Assembly (NCBI RefSeq): GCF_964204645.1
Contig: NC_134029.1
Coordinates: 15,370,950 to 15,434,949, forward strand
Source: Tubulanus polymorphus
Taxonomy: Eukaryota > Animalia > Nemertea
Reading direction: 5' to 3'
DNA: 64,000 nt
Shown here: positions 24,579-38,400 of the stretch, in pieces
Layout: each line of letters opens with the position of its first letter
Position numbering within the stretch: the first letter of the stretch is position 1
Made by a program: the position numbers and the translations under genes
Notes under the pieces: generated by a model
What the model saw: only the letters and a program-made list of their open reading frames with translations
The model's database searches: none
What the model was told of the DNA's origin: nothing

Positions 24579-25285
24579 ATGGTAGAATTAAAAGAATATA
24601 GAATATTTGTTTATTCTAGAAAACTGTTAAATTCTAAATCTCATAATTTACTAGTACAATTAGATAGAGAATTTAAGAATTGTGTTGATTTAAAATTAGT
24701 AAATGTAAGTTTCTGTAATTCTTTTTATAATGTATCGGATAAAACTTTCGAACATAGAGGGTTTATGATTTTTATGAGAAATAAAAATAAATGGTATCAT
24801 CTATTTTTAAAACCAGGATTATAGAAGAGCTCGGTTGAAAATCGGGGGTACTTCTGAATTTGAAAGTAAATTTAATAAAATTGACAGTTCTAATAAAATA
24901 AGAATAAAGATAGCTAATGATCAACATAAATTTATGGTAAACAAATCAGTAGCTAAAATGTTAGGAATTAAACCGCATGTTGTTATTGGAAACGCAGACG
25001 GTAGCTCAAATATAATACCTTTTACTCATTTTTATATTTATTGCAATTTAATTGATCCAACAAAAACATTTAAAGCAACTAAAGACATATATTAAATATT
25101 TTACCATTAAAAATGTTAAACAATTTGGAACTCAAATGAATTATAATTTAGCTGAGTGTGATTTTAAACCTTGTATTTCACGATTTACTAATTTCAAATT
25201 AGAAATAAGAAATCATAATGGATACTTAATTGATTTAAATAATTTTCCTGTAATTTATGAATTAGTTATAAGATGTAAAGAATAA
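24579..25285 (+). pseudogene. Disrupted minor capsid (penton, single jelly-roll) gene, Polinton/adintovirus type
   Basis: Three ORF pieces join into ~230 aa: N-terminal I.V.S...F/L.V.L......L.L....F.NSFYNV, middle AKMLG..FYIYCNLI, C-terminal FKLEIRNHNGYLIDLNNFPVIYELVI. Confidence 0.65.
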
Positions 25286-26189
25286 TTTTTTCACTATATA
25301 AATGAATATAACTGTTGGACCGAGTATATGTTTTGGATTTGATTTTAAACGTGAGAAAGAAATGAAATTTGATATTAATGATATAATTACACATATAAAA
25401 ATATTGCATTTTCTAATGAATCAACATTTGAATATAAAACAACAATAAATAAAGAAACTTTTAATGTAGAAAAGATTACTGATTTAATTAGAGAGTCTTT
25501 AAGATTTTATGAATTAAATGAAGATTTTATTATCGATGATATTAAAAACATATTATCTAAAATATATGATAATCATAAAAGTAGTAATGAAATAAATGTT
25601 GAAATAATTATAACTAAGTTAACTAAATATTTTGAATATCATTATATTATACGCCTTGAGTATCAGTATTCACGCTAGAAATGATGAAAAACAACCAATT
25701 TTATTTAGCGAAATAAACGCGCACCTGCTGATCCACCTCATTACCATATTCAATGCTATGACGTCATGACTGAGGTCAAAGTGGGTCAACACAAATTATA
25801 CATAACGAGATTTTGAGGGGTTTCGTCTTTAAAGCCCATAACTACCGGACAAAGGGTCGGAACTCGACGTGATAAAGTTCTTCCGATGCAAATAGCAATG
25901 AATTTTCACATGTGTAATTTTGATCGGTTAAAGATGCTGCATAAAAAACGTGCTCAATTAAATCGGATTTTTGACACTTTTTGGTGAATTTCTCAAAAAT
26001 TATGAAACCCACGTATTTCAACTTAGTACACCGTACAGAAAAATAAACAACGAAATATATTTTTGTTTAATCCGTTCAATTCGCCCACTATTAGTGAAAT
26101 TACAGGCTATTTAAATGCGATCAAAACAACGATCCCAGAAGTTTTTTGTACATTAAATTTTGTGTAGGATGAAAGTGGAAATTATTAAT

Positions 26190-26410
26190 TATAATGACAA
26201 CGATGATGATGATAATAATGATAATGATAATAGTAATAATAATTATAATGATGATAACGATGGTGACGATAATGACGACAATGACGATAATGACAATGAC
26301 AATGACGGCGACCACGACGTGATAACAGTGATAATGGAAATAATTAAAAATAATAATTATAATGCTAGTAAATAATAATGATAAATATGATAATAATCAT
26401 AACAATAATG
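26190..26410. repeat. Degenerate (GAT/AAT/GAC)n microsatellite
   Basis: Seen directly in the sequence. Confidence 0.9.
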
Positions 26411-27226
26411 ATAGTTAAAAAAAGCCTCAAAATCCTGACCTGTCAATGCATGCATGGTGCAGAGCCCCGGCTTGTGCCCTATATCTATATACCTTCGCAC
26501 ACGGGATGTAAGAGTATTACACTATGTATACTAATTTCGCTTAGAAGGTATAGATCCATGCATTTTTTCACCTGACCAATGGAATCATCAGTTGTTAAAA
26601 TGTATGTTTTGGCTCTTCGTATTCATGGAATCAGGTCAACAATCAGTTCATGTACTAACTTCGGGAATTGGTAGGAAATTATTGTGTGGTTATTTTAGGA
26701 ATTCCTAAGCCGAATCGGTCCACCCAAATTTCTTGCTACACAGTTCAGGTGTTGTGACAAGAATTCACACGTTGGATAACTATAATTTCTCAGTTTCCAA
26801 CAAAATTTAAACGTTTTCATGATACTTCTATTTGTCTCCCAGCATACACAAAGACGTAGTTTAAGCGTAGAAAAATACATCTTGCTATTAAATCTTATTA
26901 AGGTCTTTTATTAAGGATATATGTAACACTTGATGACGTATTTGCAAGATGTCATACCGTAAGGTACCGCTGCAGCAAAGAATATTCGAACATGTATTTT
27001 TAAGTAAGTCAATAGATTCTCATATTCTTGAGTTGCAGTATGCTGACGTATATGTTGCAGTATACCGACCGTCCGACCGGATTTCCCGATATAAAAAAAA
27101 AACGTTCGATAGCTGCATTAATGCCCAACTACATGTCATTTTGTGATTTAATTGAAAAACGGTTGTACCAATGAAGTATCCAACGGAATATGCAGACCTC
27201 TCAATTTGTCTAAACGTTACTTTTAG

Positions 27227-27352
27227 ATATCGATGAATGTGGCAGGGATCCATCACTTTGTCTAGGAGGAAGTTGCCAGAATACAGTGGGCAGTTTTAAA
27301 TGTGTCTGCCTCGATGGTCATGAGGTTACACCAAATGGAAGAGGATGCAAAG
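27227..27352 (+). CDS. FBN: Fibrillin exon: cbEGF (FBN1 cbEGF13-like)
   Basis: 126 nt, ttttag/gtgatc. DIDECGRDPSLCLGGSCQNTVGSFKCVCLDGHEVTPNGRGCK. Confidence 0.95.
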
Positions 27353-27555
27353 GTGATCATATTATATAGATTCTTCGATATTTTCTTATGCCAGGAGGAG
27401 CACAATAATCGGTCATACATATATTCTAAATTTGTTAAAAATGTTAAAAGCCGCCTCATTTAAACTTTCAAAGGGATCTTATAGTTTCCAAACTCCATGA
27501 TTATTTCTGCCTTCCTACTCCCTCACGTGCAATCAGCCTTAGCAGCAAATCTCAC

Positions 27556-29150
27556 AAAATAAAAAATAAATTCTCGCAAGCTCGAATTTATTTCTATTTT
27601 ATTCACTCAACCTTTCAACCTTCGATCTGAAACTAATATTATACACTTATTTTTATATCTATGTGTACTAAATAGAAAAGAATCTAACTTTTAAAAAAAG
27701 TGTTAATAAAATGATAAAATGTTTAAATATGGAAAGTGAGAACAATGTGAGTAAAATATTAAAATATTCATACTTTTTAATAAAAAGGTGTTAATGAAAT
27801 ATTGATACTTTGAAATGTAATATTTATATATATATTTTCTATCACAACTGCAGTTAACTATTTCATCAGATTTATATTTTCTCAATTTATCAATTTCATC
27901 ATAAAACCAAATTGAATACATTTTTCTTCAATCATGTTTTAATTTTCTAAATCGCATTGTATCGATTTATCTTCATAAGTTTTTTTATCTGAATTATTGT
28001 TTACATATGGTTTTTATTTTCAGTTTGCATAATTCATTCATTAAAAGCTCTGCGAAAATATAATGTTTAAATTCTTTGAAAACGAGATCCTTTAAAATAT
28101 TGTTTAATTTCATATATTAATTCACTAAGTTCTAATGAATAAGTCAAAAACGTATTGAATATTTTAACATTATTCTCATCAACTAATTTCATTATTCTAA
28201 ATATTTCGCCATCTAATAGTAAATCTTTAATGTTGTTAATCATATAAATTTTCTTCATTATGTTTGATTTCCATTAAATCTAATAAACTCTTTAATTTAC
28301 AACAATCAATTTAATAAATCATCGTTTGAATTCTTAACATTTATAAAGCAAAAAATTTAATTAAAAAAGAAAAAAAACAAAATTCATTACTCCTCGTTTT
28401 AACTTCTTTTTTAATCTAAAAAATTCATTTAACTTTTACTCCTCATTTCAACCTCATTTTTAATTTCAAAATTCATTAAATTTATACTCCTCATTTTTAC
28501 CTCGTTTTTAATTGAAAAGAATTCATTACATTTTTACACCTCGTTTTGTCCTCATTTTCAATTTGAATATCATTTATATTTTTACTCCCCATTTTGACCT
28601 CATTTTTAATTTAAAAAAAAAAGAAAAACATTTTTACTTCTCATTTTACCATCCTTTTTAAGTTTTTAAAAAGCAAAAATTAGACTAATTTTTTTATCAA
28701 TGTATTCTTTTTTACAATAAGAACAATAATAATGATTTTTATTAACATCATTTTTTCTATTAGGAACTCACTCACTCCCAAAGGAAAACATATTAAAAGT
28801 GGTGGCGAATCGCCCTCTCGCCCTCTGATCTGAAACCCACATTTCCCCATTACTGATAATATCTATCTTAATAAATCAAATATTACGTATTTAAACGTAT
28901 TTAATAACTGAACGAATAGATACTTTCGATAATGGAGTCAAAGAATTGAAAAACGACAATTATATCATTTCAATTATGACAACAAACACATTTTTTATAA
29001 TAATAATTCATCAAATATTGATAATAATAATTCTTATAAAGATACTGGAATTCAATGTAGATAATGAATTTTCTAAATTTAATCCTAAAGTGATGTTTAT
29101 GGCAAAAACCAAAGTTCTGTCAGTTTATCAATCATTAATTATCTTGTAAC
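27556..29150. mobile_element. Virus-like segment C (degenerate)
   Basis: Hairpin centre and right arm at 27556-27640; broken minus-strand ORF ~27700-28270 (ELSELIYEIKQYFKGS...VNCSCDRKY). Degenerate ~45 bp repeats at 28380-28660, a second hairpin arm at 28804-28854, then a + strand fragment related to 2400-2580. Confidence 0.55.
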
Positions 29151-29358
29151 GCATGAGCTTGTTGAATGCTTATATATTATATCTTTATTTTTTTTCGTTA
29201 AGTTAGACAATATTTTTCTGAGAAAGTTTTGTCTTTATCATTGTTTTTCTTTATCATTTCATTCGTTGATGTTATGAAATGAATAATCGTTTCGAATTTT
29301 AGTTTACCATATTGCACTTTATCATATATTTTGACTATTAGTGTTGTTCTGATTTTAG

Positions 29359-29484
29359 ATGTAAATGAATGTTCTTCTACGAGTGGGATATGTTCTAATG
29401 GGCGATGTGAAAACTTTATGGGTGGATTTCAGTGCTTCTGTCAGAGTGGATACAAACCAAACCCAACCAAAACTGCATGTACAG
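29359..29484 (+). CDS. FBN: Fibrillin exon: cbEGF (FBN1 cbEGF14-like)
   Basis: 126 nt, ttttag/gtaacc. DVNECSSTSGICSNGRCENFMGGFQCFCQSGYKPNPTKTACT. Confidence 0.95.
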
Positions 29485-30383
29485 GTAACCGTTGAAAAAA
29501 TACCATTCTTAAAATATTATGATATTATGTATATTCAGGGTTTTCTGAGGTCGAGAGGGCGAGCTCCACTTAAATTCTCTACCTCTGACTTCAAATCATA
29601 ATATCCCTATTACTTTTTTCCATGGAAATATAGATCAATTGAAAAATGATTGCAATTTTTAGTTTAAAACGTGCTAGAAAGATAAACAAGTTTTAAAATA
29701 TATGAAAAATGTTTAAGTAAAATCATTTAGGTCTTTTAACTGAAAATATAGAAAAGTAGTAAAATAATTAAGTTTTATCTAAACGTAACAAGTAATTAAC
29801 CAGTTGTTAATAGTAGATTTTTGAAAACATTGAAAAATAATAAAATAATCTATATTACTTAAAATAACAAGCACATGAGTTGATAAAGAATAGATTTTTG
29901 AATAGATTTTTTTTCAAAAAAAAATAGTAAAATAGTTAAAAATGATAAAAGGCGATGAGTAAATGATAAGGAAAATAGTGAAAAATAAGCTTAATCATCA
30001 AATGATATTGCGTGTAAATATTGCATCGATTATTCCGGTGCGTTGTCCGATACTTGGTATCCCTGCGGGAATACACGGTTACAATTGCTAGTGAATTCAA
30101 GAAATTCCGCGTTATTTGTCTTCAAACGGCAGAAGTTTTGCAAAAGGGCAACACTGAATAAAAACAGTGATCCGCTGGAAGGCGCAGTCAATCACTGAAT
30201 TACTCTATCACTTGAATTTCCTTTCAACTCTGTCTCCGTAAAGTACTTTTGGTTCCACGTGCATTTATCTAATCACTGCTCCGAACAAACGCCTATAATA
30301 AATAACTGTTCATGTTTTTCCGTGATAGAAATCAAGTTCCGTAAATTGGAGTATTTCAAATTAAATCGTGTGTTTGTTTTTAG

Positions 30384-30506
30384 ATATTGACGAATGCGCT
30401 GTACAAAACGGTGGATGTTCACACAGCTGTGTTAACAGTCCAGGCTCATTTTTATGTGAATGTCGACACGGATTTAAGTTAATGCCAGATAGAAGAAGAT
30501 GCACAG
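30384..30506 (+). CDS. FBN: Fibrillin exon: cbEGF (FBN1 cbEGF15-like)
   Basis: 123 nt, ttttag/gtatat. [41 protein letters not shown], with the NGGC and LMPD.R.CT hallmarks. Confidence 0.96.
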
Positions 30507-32219
30507 GTATATGACATATGATCCTATATTCTTCCTAGATACGCCCTAGGTCCAGAGACCCTAGATACACCCTAGTATTTTGATCCATATATGTTATCCA
30601 AGATGCGTTACAGTCATATTGAAACCTTTTTATATATTACCAAAGATGGCCGCCACAGTCATATTGAAACTATTTTTATGCCTCGGCTCAACATTAGTTG
30701 AGAGAGGAGCATACAGATTTACCCATGTCTGAATACGCCGCCGCCGTGCTAAACGATTGTTTCAAACTTGGTTCACAAGTAGGATATCACTTGAGCCAGA
30801 ACCCTATTTGAAATAGGTTCGATTCGATTCAAATTATGGCCAGCAGGGCCAATATGAAAAACGACTTCAACTGCCTAGAGGCCGCAATTGGTGACCGATT
30901 CATTTCAGACTTGGTTCACAAGTAGGTTCCCATTTGGGCCAGAACCCTATTTGAAACTGGGTTGATTCGATTCAAATTCTGGCGACCAATGGGCCGCCAT
31001 AAAAAAAAAACGTCAACAGTCGACGAATTCTTGAGTGTATATATCCATGTTTACTTTTTTCAGCCGGGTGTATACATTCTGTTTCTAGAGACATCCTTCA
31101 AAGACCCTTTCTAAATCCACCTTTCTTAAAACTCTATATCTGTCTTTTTATATGGTTTTAACCTTACATCTGTAGTGACATGTGAAAGCTGTTTTACTTC
31201 TACTTAGCCTGGCGTCATAACTTGTGATGTAGTCATTGGTCACAGCATTCCACCGGACATAGAACTATAACCGAACGGGAAGGCCGACTCCATGACGTCA
31301 CTATGCATTTGCCTTTGCCATATTCGAAATTGATCAGCGCCCTCACCGGTCGCGATAAATAATAGATTTCGGAAATGTTTTCGATAATATTTTCTCTGCG
31401 AGAATTGAACATTACCGTTTTTTCAAGATTAGGTTTTAAGACTGAAATAAATCAATGAAAAACGCTCAATTAAGAGGCGCATTTGTTTGAAACCGGTTTG
31501 TATAAACCACTTTATATCGGTTTATTGCGTGACAAACCAGTTTGCCGTTGAGTGAACAAATTCGACAGAACGAAAAGTAGGTTTGAGTCAGCCGACCGCG
31601 GAAATTTCCTCATTCGGTCGTGTTGGAAAAGTAAAAAATATCTGTTTTAAAAAGCCAATCAGAAAGCAAATACTACCCTATGATCGGCTAAGCCGTAGAT
31701 TTGGTTTTTTGGAGGAATATTTTTATTTGCACTCCAGAAAATATCATTGGCAATTATGCATAAAGTCAGGGAAAAATAGCCTTTTCTCAAATCGCATGAT
31801 TGACATTGATATGCTAATAAGACATGTGCTCAAACTGCAAATTTAATCTAATTTTATTCTGCAAAAACTAACAAATCTCAAGGAACATAATCTTCCGATT
31901 TTCATCGGAAATTTTCTGGTCGGGTTCTGAGATCTGTGTATCTTCGTTGAGAAAATAGGGAGTGGGGGTAGGTAGTGGGTCTATCTTGCCGTGGACATCG
32001 ACGACTCAATCAGACCGTAAAAGCGCCTTGGAGTATTGTTTTGTTAATCTCCGGTATATTGACCTATAGCCTTAAGAGTACTATAAATAGTACAGCATGT
32101 CGCGTTCTTAGATTATGTAATCGACAGAAAATTGATACATGCGGTAGCGTTGTCTATATCTGAGTTCTTGACTGCAGTGAAGCATAAACAACATGGATTC
32201 AAAGATCGTTGATAAAGGA

Positions 32220-32830
32220 AAAGAAAAGAAAATTATAGTTCTAGCTCAATATTTGTGTCGGGATAGACATGCTTTACATCATCTCAAGATGAGTGCTTCG
32301 GCAGCGTCGTACAAAATGCGGTTTGGCTAAGACACGGGATGAATCGATAGAAGGCGAATTTGGTGACTGTTTCTTCTCAATGAACGTAGATGACGCTACG
32401 AGTAAATCAAACAAGAAAATGTTGACTATTTTAGTTATGTATTACAGCAAGATTGAAAAGCAGGTCGTCGTTAAACATTCAGCATCCAAAAACATGATAA
32501 ATTTGATTCCAAATCTGTATACAAAGCAGCTGTTAAACTTTTCAACGATCGCCATTTATCATCACATCATCTGATGTTAATTCTTATTGACAGTTGCAGT
32601 GTCATGCGTGGGAGTAAGATTTGATTAAAAACATGAGTGCAATCCAATTTTGAGATAAGCATTCCTCATGTCCATAATGCTGCCAAAAATATACATCACA
32701 ATTTGATGGGTTTGTTGAAGAATTAATTTCGGATATTTGTTGTGACATTAAGTACTCGAAGGATATCGGAGAATGACTGTCAACTATAGCTAGAATTTTG
32801 GAATTTTGGTATGAATTACAGTGATTGGTA
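32220..32830 (+). mobile_element. hAT-like transposase remnant (first catalytic region)
   Basis: FSMNVDDATS...LTILVMYYS...VVVKH, then in shifted frames LIDSCSVMRGSK and HVHNAAK; frameshifted. Confidence 0.7.
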
Positions 32831-34384
32831 AATGTGGGTTTCAGATCAGAGGTCGTGAGGTCAACACACCACTCGCCACCACAAGTTTTTTTTCTAATAA
32901 ATGGGAGATAGAAAAGTTTTCGTAGCAACAACAAATAACAGAATAAAGCCAGCAAAAAACAATTTGAAATAAAAAAGTTAGTCGATGTTACAAAAGAAAT
33001 TGAACAAAAAATATAGCTGCGTAGCAGCGATAACGGGTTTTCTTCAAATTCATTCTTGATGATGGTAATGGTAGTAAATTGAAATACCAAAAATAGCATT
33101 TACAGATTCGAATTTCCTAATATGCAATCACTGTGTAAAATGTCAAAGGTGATAACCTTCATTCAATTAATATGAATTTATGCGATCTCATCTTAGGCAC
33201 CTATCGAGTCGATAGATTGAGTAGATTTATAGATAAGAATGTATTATGATTTGGAATAGATCTAAGTTAATATGCTAAAAAATTCTGAATAGATTTTGTC
33301 TGGGTTTCTACTCGTAAAATTACTAATAAATATATTGAGTCATGTTTGGGTTCGAAGACAAGAGTATTAGATAGAAGAGATATAACTGATATTTTGGGCC
33401 GACCTGCGTGTCGTGAGTGTTGGATGGATATCATAGTGTTAAGGCCGACCTGAAGATAGTCTAAGAAAGGGATGAACAAAATAAATATCCACATCACATC
33501 GAATCGAATGCATAGTATTTACGTTCTTTTCGTCGTCTGGAGTATTTAAAGAGACTTTTGACACAGGACTCTTCAGTTTTCCATAGTCTCCATACGGTAT
33601 GAATGGGTCGATCAGTAGAAAATCGAAGGTTTCGGTTGATTGTGGAATCGCCTAATCGCCTAAGGTTTGTGAAGTATTCGTTTCACTGTCGCTATAGTGC
33701 ACACTATAGCTAAGGCTTGTGAAGTAATAAACCGATGCAAGGTGATTTATGCAAATTGATTTTAAATGAATGAGTCAATTGTAGAGGAATATCATCTATC
33801 TTTTCCAAAATGCTAATATTTGCAATAATCATTTGAGAAAAAATCCAAAATGAAAATGAAAAAAAGGAATATTTAGATGACTTTTACTATGAATAGTTAT
33901 TTATTCCGGTTATGTATTAGTAGACATTGACTTTCACCCACCATGGCACATTCAAATACATGTATTGGAATCATTGATGATCAGGACTAGAAAATTGAGA
34001 TTCATATCAGTGATGATTATAGATTTCCAGGAGAAAGAATGATTAGTCACGTTCATAATATGATCACTAGTTGTCATCAAAAATATATATAAGAATTCCT
34101 GAAGGAGGATAATGTAACTACTTGCCATCATTCATTTATTAAATACGCATGATAATTGACTTTTTAAATCCCTTACCTCCTGTACGAAAAATTGCCATTT
34201 TAACATACTTTAAGTGTTACAGAACTTAATTGTACAATGTATTACCTTTTCCCCTTTCGTTAATGCGTATGTAATAAATGAATGGTCCGTTAATTTAAAG
34301 TCAATATAAGTGACTTAAATAGGGCCTTGGTTATAAGTACCTATAATATATAAAAGGTAACTTTGATGCAGTTACTGTTCAAAA

Positions 34385-34530
34385 AGATTCTTTCACAAGT
34401 GTACAACACATCTGTTGGTAGATTAAACTGCAGAGCAGGCATGTCAGTTTCCAAGTTCGTATGATATTTGAGATGTTTACATTGATAATAACAGTGTGAT
34501 CTTCATTGTTGATATCAGTAAATGTGACGC
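34385..34530 (-). pseudogene. Third, degenerate copy of OB-fold gene exon 4
   Basis: Clear nucleotide similarity to 40130-40265 (tcacaagtgtaca...aaactgcagagc...atgatatttgaga...aacagtgtgatc), with indels. Confidence 0.7.
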
Positions 34531-34869
34531 AAGTGCTTTATAGCAAATAGCAGTAAAGAAATCATAACGCACAGGAAATAATTTGTTTACGGCCCCTATT
34601 AGGGTTGTATGTCAGTATAGTGGGTGGAAGAGAATAAACAGTGGGTTTGACTTAGAGCCGGACCATTTCTCCTTCACTTCTATACTGATAAGCAATCCTA
34701 AAAACATTAAAGAAATCATACTGAACAGAAAATAACTAGTTTATAAGGGTTGTATGTCAGTATAGTGGGTGTGAGAGAATAAATCATGGGATTGACACAG
34801 AGCGGAGTCATTTCCACCTTTCCACCGCTATACAGACAAACAATCTTAATAGGAGCAATAAGGACTAAA

Positions 34870-35400
34870 CAGACTAGGGGTCCAGGGACACCATGACCAC
34901 TTGGGAAGTGGTTTCAAATGCTCAACAATCTAACAATTATAAAAACATAACAGTGCCTAGTGACCATATACAAAATCAATGACCTTGAAATTCAGTACAA
35001 TCATAGAACATGTCAACAGCTATGATTTTGTATATGATTGTGATAACAAAATATGGCTCGTCAACAGTTTAATAGGGATATACTAAGTTATTTTACTATT
35101 CAACGCCCCTGGTTACCATATGCAAAACCCAATGACCTTAAAACTCACTACTATCGTAGTACATGTCATGAAATCCAAATTTGCAATTGATCATGGTAAC
35201 AAAATATGCCTAGGAAGCAATCTTAATGAGGAAATACCAAGCTATTTTACAATTCAATGCCCCTCTGGTGACTATATGGAATAACTAATGTCCTTAAAAA
35301 CTCACCACAATTATAGATGATATCTGACCGACGAACGGACGGACGGATGAAAAGTGAATGCAATTGCCCGCTGGGACCAAAGTCCCAAGTGGGCTAAAAA
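34870..35400 (+). mobile_element. Non-autonomous element with internal tgaccttgaaa repeats, (GACG)n and a 3' hairpin; related end at ~6470-6540
   Basis: acggacggacggatg...gcccgctgggaccaaagtcccaagtgggctaaaaa; Helentron/HINE- or Penelope-like layout. Confidence 0.55.
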
Positions 35401-35417
35401 TGAGTATTGTGGTGTAG

Positions 35418-38400
35418 TTATTAATCAGTCAAATCAATTTCTGTGATCTTGTCTCCTTCACAAGTGTACATGATGTCTCGTGGTAAATCAAACTGTAGAG
35501 CTAAGATGTCAGCTTCTAACTTGGTATGATATTTGAGAAGTTTCTAATCAATAATAACAGTGTGATCCTCATTGTCGATATTGGTTAATGTGTCACAGAT
35601 GTCTTTGCAATTTTCAACCTATTAAAACAAAATTTGAAAAGATAAATTTCAAACATATATACATATGATTACAAAATAATGATTGTAATTTACTTAGAAT
35701 TTATTCTATAATTACGGTTTTATTTATGAGATGTTTGTTTTGCCACTACGACAATGAGAAGTCAGTGGTAGAGACATATGTATAAGACATGTCTATTAAT
35801 TAAATCTAGCATTGACATTAATTCAAATTAATGTAGGAAGTGTAAAGGTTGTTGGTGTTATGGTGGATGGTAAGAAGTGGTATGACGAGAGCAATTTACG
35901 TACTGTAGATATGAAATGTGTATTAGGTAGTATAGAATAGCATGAATGACTGTTAACGTACCTTCTCCACATTTGTCGAAACATGAGCTACTCTCATTTA
36001 TATTATAGAAATACTTCATAGTCGTCGCAGGATTGTTATTAACAGTTGGATGTGACGGTTTATTTTGAAAGGCCTGACTCATTACTCATTGGCTAAAATA
36101 GCTATTTGCATTTCTCTTGTAGAATTAAGTGGGAATAAGACAAGGGATACTTAGGAACGTACCTTTTCCACATTTGCAGTAACACTAATACGTCGTCTTT
36201 TAGGAGTTGACAAAGCATCTAAGACCGAACAAATAGGTGGATTCTTAATACTGTCTATTCGAACGTGCTCAACTTTGAACTTTGAGCTATAAAAAATCTG
36301 TAAGCAGAATTTTAAATGTAATATATTAGAAACAATGATCAAACATTTCAATACCTGTAAATTGATTAAGACACACATAATTTTCACAAATTTGATCAAC
36401 TTTGAGCATTGCAATAGTAGCCATTCATTTTTATTATATCTCCATGAGGGGAAGAAGATCATGGTTATAATGTAGGCTTAGTAACTGTTCTAGTAGAGGG
36501 GGTTTTTAACATACCGAGTGTTATATTGTTAAGTCCTGTGTGTCCTAGATTATTTGCATATTGATGAAATTAGGAAGTGGTTATTTTGCTGGATGCAGTC
36601 ATTGACTCTTAAACGATAGGGTTTATTTTGGTGGATATCATCTCTGATTGCCTGATTTATTTTATGTATGTGCAAAGAGGTGCATGACTTTGAAAATTAA
36701 ATATCTAAATTTCGAAAAATGGCGTGCACTGGGTGGGTTGGGTCACATTTGGGGGTCCAATGCAAAATGACAGTGGAGATTACTATACCCATTGTTAAAA
36801 TCTCTGTTATACTTCTCATTACAATCTGAATGTCTGACTCTTCATCCAAATCCCAAAATATCAAATAAATGTGGCATTTTATGACAATATTTTGATGGTT
36901 ACAGATGAGTAACTTCACAAATGTAGATATCAATGATGATGGATTTCGAATGACTGGATAATGCAATGTACGATTAAAAGTTATGTACAAGTAAGGCAAT
37001 TAATAGATTTATTTATCTCTTGGCACGAAACAGTTAATATAATATTTGAAAAAGTAGGATGAATGTTTACTTTACCTCTAATCTTGGAGTAATTATCACT
37101 CCAAGCTCTAAAGTAGTGGTAGGAGTAGACTGTATTTCCGTTTTGTTATTATAGATATTTACTTCCATGCGCTTGACTGTAACTCTAGACCCAGCACTTA
37201 CTTCAATACCATTCCAAAATTTTGCGACTAATTTATTGTTGTTGTCATCAGATAGATGAACATCGGTTCTCTTACCAAGGCTCTGAATTACCTTAATAAA
37301 AATTGAAAATAAATATTACAATACAGTTAAAACTTCCCTAGGACCAAGTGACTTTGTGAAAAAAGAATTATTGCTAAATTGTCAAGATAAAATATAAGAT
37401 AATGGATTTGAATGTACATGTGTAGATATGGAGTATGGATATGGCTGGAGTTTAACTGATAAAGGTTTTAAAATGGATTATATTAGAAAGTATTTACAGA
37501 AATTTTGGATCTGTAGTTTGATCACCATTCTAGATGTCAGGCATAAATAGTTATTCTAATGAAGTGGATATTTAACTGTATACGGTAAAGTATTTACTTT
37601 CACTTTTTTACTGTACATTGTATTACTATATATCATAGTATTAACTAATAAAAGTAACAATAAAATGATTTTATTGGGTTAAGGTTTTGATAGGGTTAGT
37701 GTGGAGAGGGTGAGAAGAGGGTTCTTTTTACCCCTAGGGATCGGATTAGGGTAAGGGGACGTACTGTAGATAGCTAAAACATTCGGGTGGATTTTAATGA
37801 GCTCGGTGGTCTAGTGCTATGACGGTCATCCTTATTACTGAGATGACGTATTTTACCGAGATGACATGAAATATAACATATTTATTTATTCCTTATCGGT
37901 TTAACACTTGAAATGTTATTATATCAGTAAGAAATGCCTGCTGGAGTCATATTTTGTTGGATATTTCTGTTGAAAAATAACTTAACTTTACCGAGATGAG
38001 ATCATTGATCAATCAAATTTAATGAAATTTTATTGCTAACCGAGATTACGTATTCGAAGTCCACATTTTTGAAACCAAATATCGGGAAAAATATGACTCT
38101 AGAAAGGTATTTATAATATTACTGATATAACATGATATCAAGTGTTAAAATTGATAAGGAATAAACAATTATGCTATATTTCATGCCATCTCGGTTCATT
38201 TTGGTAAATTCACTGGTCCGGGTTCGAGTCTCGCTCGATCAGCTCTATTTTTTTCTAACCCTATTCTTGACACTCTCCTTGAATTTTCTAAGTTCGCACA
38301 CCTCTGTGCGCATGTGCAGTGTAATTCAGCCAAGCAGTAATGATCTAGAGTAAAATAGTGGAAATAAACACTCAGACTGCGTTATAAAGCATGAAAACAA

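Larger units (their letters stand above)
24076..25660 (+). mobile_element. Endogenous virus-like (Polinton-like) segment B
   Basis: Starts with the right half of the hairpin (24076-24151). Tightly packed ORFs follow at 24208, 24579 and 25302 with AAATG starts; very AT-rich. Confidence 0.7.
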
